This document shows, one piece after another, positions 63,805 through 64,000 of a stretch of DNA of 64,000 bases. The notes beneath the pieces were generated by a model. The model was given only the letters and a program-made list of their open reading frames with translations, was not told the DNA's origin and searched no databases. How positions within the stretch are numbered: the first letter of the stretch is position 1; each line of letters begins with the position of its first letter. The position numbers were made by a program, and so were the translations under genes. This DNA is from Octopus vulgaris (Eukaryota), in NCBI GenBank assembly GCA_951406725.2, contig OX597831.1:29946001-30010000 (forward strand). Direction: 5' to 3'.

Positions 63805-64000
63805 GCTATTCAGTCTACAGATGTCAAGGATGAGTCATACATCTCTTTCAAGGTATGACTATCTTCAATGAACTCCATTCAGGAAAATGCGATGGTTTGG
63901 CCACATTATCCAAATGGCAGATGAACGCACACTCAAACAGTTGTATCATGACGAACTAGCAAAAGGGAAACGTGATCAGTGTAAACCTAAAAAGAGGTTT
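63805..64000 (+). mobile_element. RTE/BovB-type LINE C-terminal remnant
   Basis: MRWFGHIIQMADERTLKQLYHDELAKGKRDQCKPKKRF matches the RTE motif LRW.GH..RM...R.PKQ....EL..GKR..G.PKKR. Confidence 0.8.

Overview
Repeat-dense, AT-rich animal genomic DNA. The SINE repertoire and extreme microsatellite load suggest a cephalopod such as Octopus (inference, not a database result). Two spliced protein-coding genes can be assembled by hand on the minus strand. (1) A 6-coding-exon ACTMAP/C19orf54 (actin maturation protease) orthologue at 46283-57616 (324 aa); its intron at 50314-50717 has textbook minor-spliceosome (U12) signals. (2) An unrecognised 4-exon, 185-aa membrane-protein gene at 10408-27723 (signal peptide, RSKR furin site, Ser/Thr/acidic stalk, two hydrophobic segments, the second Cys-rich). 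The rest is mostly mobile DNA: two decayed full-length mariners; Tigger-, rosa-, Merlin-, Chapaev-, hAT- and piggyBac-like non-autonomous elements; two non-autonomous Helitrons; a solo LTR; a 5'-truncated R4/Dong-type LINE with a 721-aa open ORF in a (TAA)n tract; HERO, L1/Tx1 and RTE remnants; several tRNA-derived SINE families; and two minisatellites. Most notable non-coding signals: a type I hammerhead ribozyme with a complete catalytic core (63511-63633, same strand as ACTMAP), several decayed hammerhead-like motifs and large fold-backs of probable Penelope-like origin. Most short ORFs in the supplied track are microsatellite or SINE artefacts.
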